A stretch of DNA of 64,000 nucleotides. It comes from Bilabrum cf. latius. Its lineage: Eukaryota. Of the stretch, positions 62,644-64,000 are shown piece after piece; positions within the stretch are counted from its first letter, which is position 1, and each line of letters begins with the position of its first letter. The stretch lies in the NCBI GenBank assembly GCA_965178125.1, contig OZ237754.1:620001-684000 (forward strand). The letters are read 5' to 3'. The notes below the pieces were generated by a model that was not told where the DNA came from, did no database searches, and saw only the letters and a list, made by a program, of their open reading frames with translations. A program made the position numbers and the translations under genes.

Positions 62644-62795
62644 CGCAAGCGTGAGAGATTCAGTGGTGCAGAGCGGCGCGGTGAACGAGCGGGGGCGTAG
62701 TCGTACCACGTCTCAATTCTGTAAGTATGCTCGCGTGCGTGCGTGCGCATGCCAACTGGCGGAGTAACCTAGAGGACATCTTGGGCGAAACTCAT

Positions 62796-63315
62796 TCAGA
62801 AACCACCGCGAAGTGCCAGCACCATATGCACAGTGTTACCTCCTGCAACACCAGCTGCCTCCATACTCTACGAATCGTCCATCTTCTTGCCCTTGAAAAC
62901 CAATCGGATCTGCTTCGCATCAATCCCCTCCTTCTCCTGCAGGCTCAACTTCAGCTCTTGCATCGTTGTCGTTCCCTCCACCTCCATAGGTGACTTACGT
63001 CCAGACAGAGTCTGCGAAGCCATTGAATACATGAGGGCGTGACGGTGGAGTGGCGTTCTGGCACTGCTCAAAATGCAACAACTTGGAAGCAAAGAGACTG
63101 CCACGAAGGGCCCTGGAGATTCAGGTGAAGACTAAACTGAAACTGGTCGAGTCGATGTGGTGTCATTGTTAGTTTCACGATATCAACCAGGTTTGCGCAA
63201 CGCGAGAACGCATCAAGGCCATGGCCTGTTGCTCTATTGAGCGATTAGCTTGTTCTTTTAAACGGACCATTGGTAGTTCACTGCATTTAATTCTTACCTT
63301 TACAAAAATCTGCAT
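62796..63315 (-). CDS. NEDD8: NEDD8/Rub1-like ubiquitin-like modifier
   Basis: Exon 1 MQIFVK (63298-63315), intron 63012-63297, exon 2 TLSGRK...LQEKEGIDAKQIRLVFKGKKMDDS(Q)SMEAAGVAGGNTVHMVLALRGGF-TGA. LALRGG (Ala72) is NEDD8-type. TAG at 62868. Confidence 0.8.
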
Positions 63316-63448
63316 GTTGTGATCTTTGTCGCAGCCAGTGTGCTGGTTCCAGATTGATTTCGTAAAAATCTGTAAAATCAATTGTAAAGTCCTGTTTTGC
63401 CAGCGTCCCGACGGCGGTCCCGATGATGCTCTTGTAATCTGCAAACCA

Positions 63449-64000
63449 TCACTTCCCCATGCAGAACTCTTTAAATACCACGTCTAAGACATCCTCAGCG
63501 TCGATATGCCCCAGCAAGGCACCAAGCCTGCCAGCACACGCCCGCAGCTCCTCCGCGACCGCCACGAGATCCCCCTCGGCACCCCCCAGCGCAAGCGCCC
63601 TCTCCACGGGGTCCTCCAGCCCAAGCCGGAGACGGTCCTCACCCGCGGCATTTTCCAGCCCTAGCAATGCGGCAGCAACTGTCGCGTGATGCAGCGCAAG
63701 CCGCACGGATTCCCTGTGTCTTTCTCGCAGAAGCAGACGCCCATCCGTCTCAGCGGAGTGGCCAGCGGCGGCTGCAGCAGTGGGTGAGTTTGCGTTGGCC
63801 GACGCGCTGGCCAGCAGCTCAGCCAGGCCGGTCACCCCTCCTTCCTGTTGAGCACTGGTTGCAACCGCCCCCAGCACCTGCAACTCGCTGGGAATCGGCG
63901 CATCAGCACCTGGCCCGCACGCGGCCGCAACAGCCAGGTCCCACTGGCGCCGCATGGTAGCCAGCAGCTCGGGCACCGAACCATCACGAACGTTCGCTTC
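63449..64000 (-). CDS. GTPBP3: tRNA modification GTPase MnmE/GTPBP3, 3' part (runs off the window)
   Basis: LLRERHR...[38 protein letters not shown] matches the family's terminal FCxGK motif. Confidence 0.88.
   Translation of the reverse strand, partial: [183 protein letters not shown]

Noticed and set aside
63012-63297. snoRNA in the unusually long (286-nt) NEDD8 intron
   Set aside because: No convincing C box (RTGATGA) paired with a D box and terminal stem, and no H/ACA structure visible by eye.
132-63315. Interpretation of the TAG-interrupted genes as pseudogenes or sequencing errors
   Set aside because: Decay or error would also give TAA, TGA and frameshifts. Only TAG occurs, on both strands, including in housekeeping genes with intact catalytic motifs.
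132-63315. UAG as pyrrolysine, Glu, Leu, Tyr, or programmed leaky readthrough
   Set aside because: Informative positions align with Gln/CAG, the 3' contexts of the TAGs share no readthrough motif, and up to 19 per gene is incompatible with leaky suppression. Alignments to E, K or S occur only at single variable sites or in diverged patches of paralogues.

Overview
GC-rich, gene-dense nuclear DNA of a flagellated microbial eukaryote with short spliceosomal GT-AG introns. Its style resembles a bicosoecid/Cafeteria-like stramenopile, but that placement is an unverified guess. The main result is that the window is not written in the standard genetic code. More than 80 in-frame TAG codons, counted by hand, interrupt otherwise intact genes, including 19 in one 7.9-kb USP reading frame. 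All 21 gene ends I could trace use TGA (19) or TAA (2), never TAG. TAG aligns with CAG between paralogues, with conserved Gln in Tsg101, KAP3 and TTD14, and sits in a polyQ run, so UAG appears to encode Gln while UAA and UGA remain stops. Read this way the fragmented ORF track collapses into about 21 genes: a HEAT-like protein, KAP3, a secreted histidine acid phosphatase, a giant USP deubiquitinase, a membrane protein, a DUF3712/LEA2-repeat membrane protein, WDR47, a CaaX protein, two C2H2 zinc-finger array paralogues, a TRPML-like channel, a TPR-Hsp70 fusion, an RVxF protein, an inverted pair of secreted coiled-coil/PAN-Apple proteins, a TTD14-like AAA protein, a DOT1-like methyltransferase, Tsg101, a PhyH dioxygenase, NEDD8 and the 3' end of MnmE/GTPBP3. 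There is also a tRNA-Asp(GTC) and a repeat-expanded SNF2/BRM SnAC-bromodomain relic between the zinc-finger genes. Secondary highlights are PRDM9-style minisatellite zinc-finger arrays, patchy homogenisation of the inverted gene pair, and a PPxY-array tail on Tsg101. All family assignments come from motifs recognised by eye; no database searches were run.
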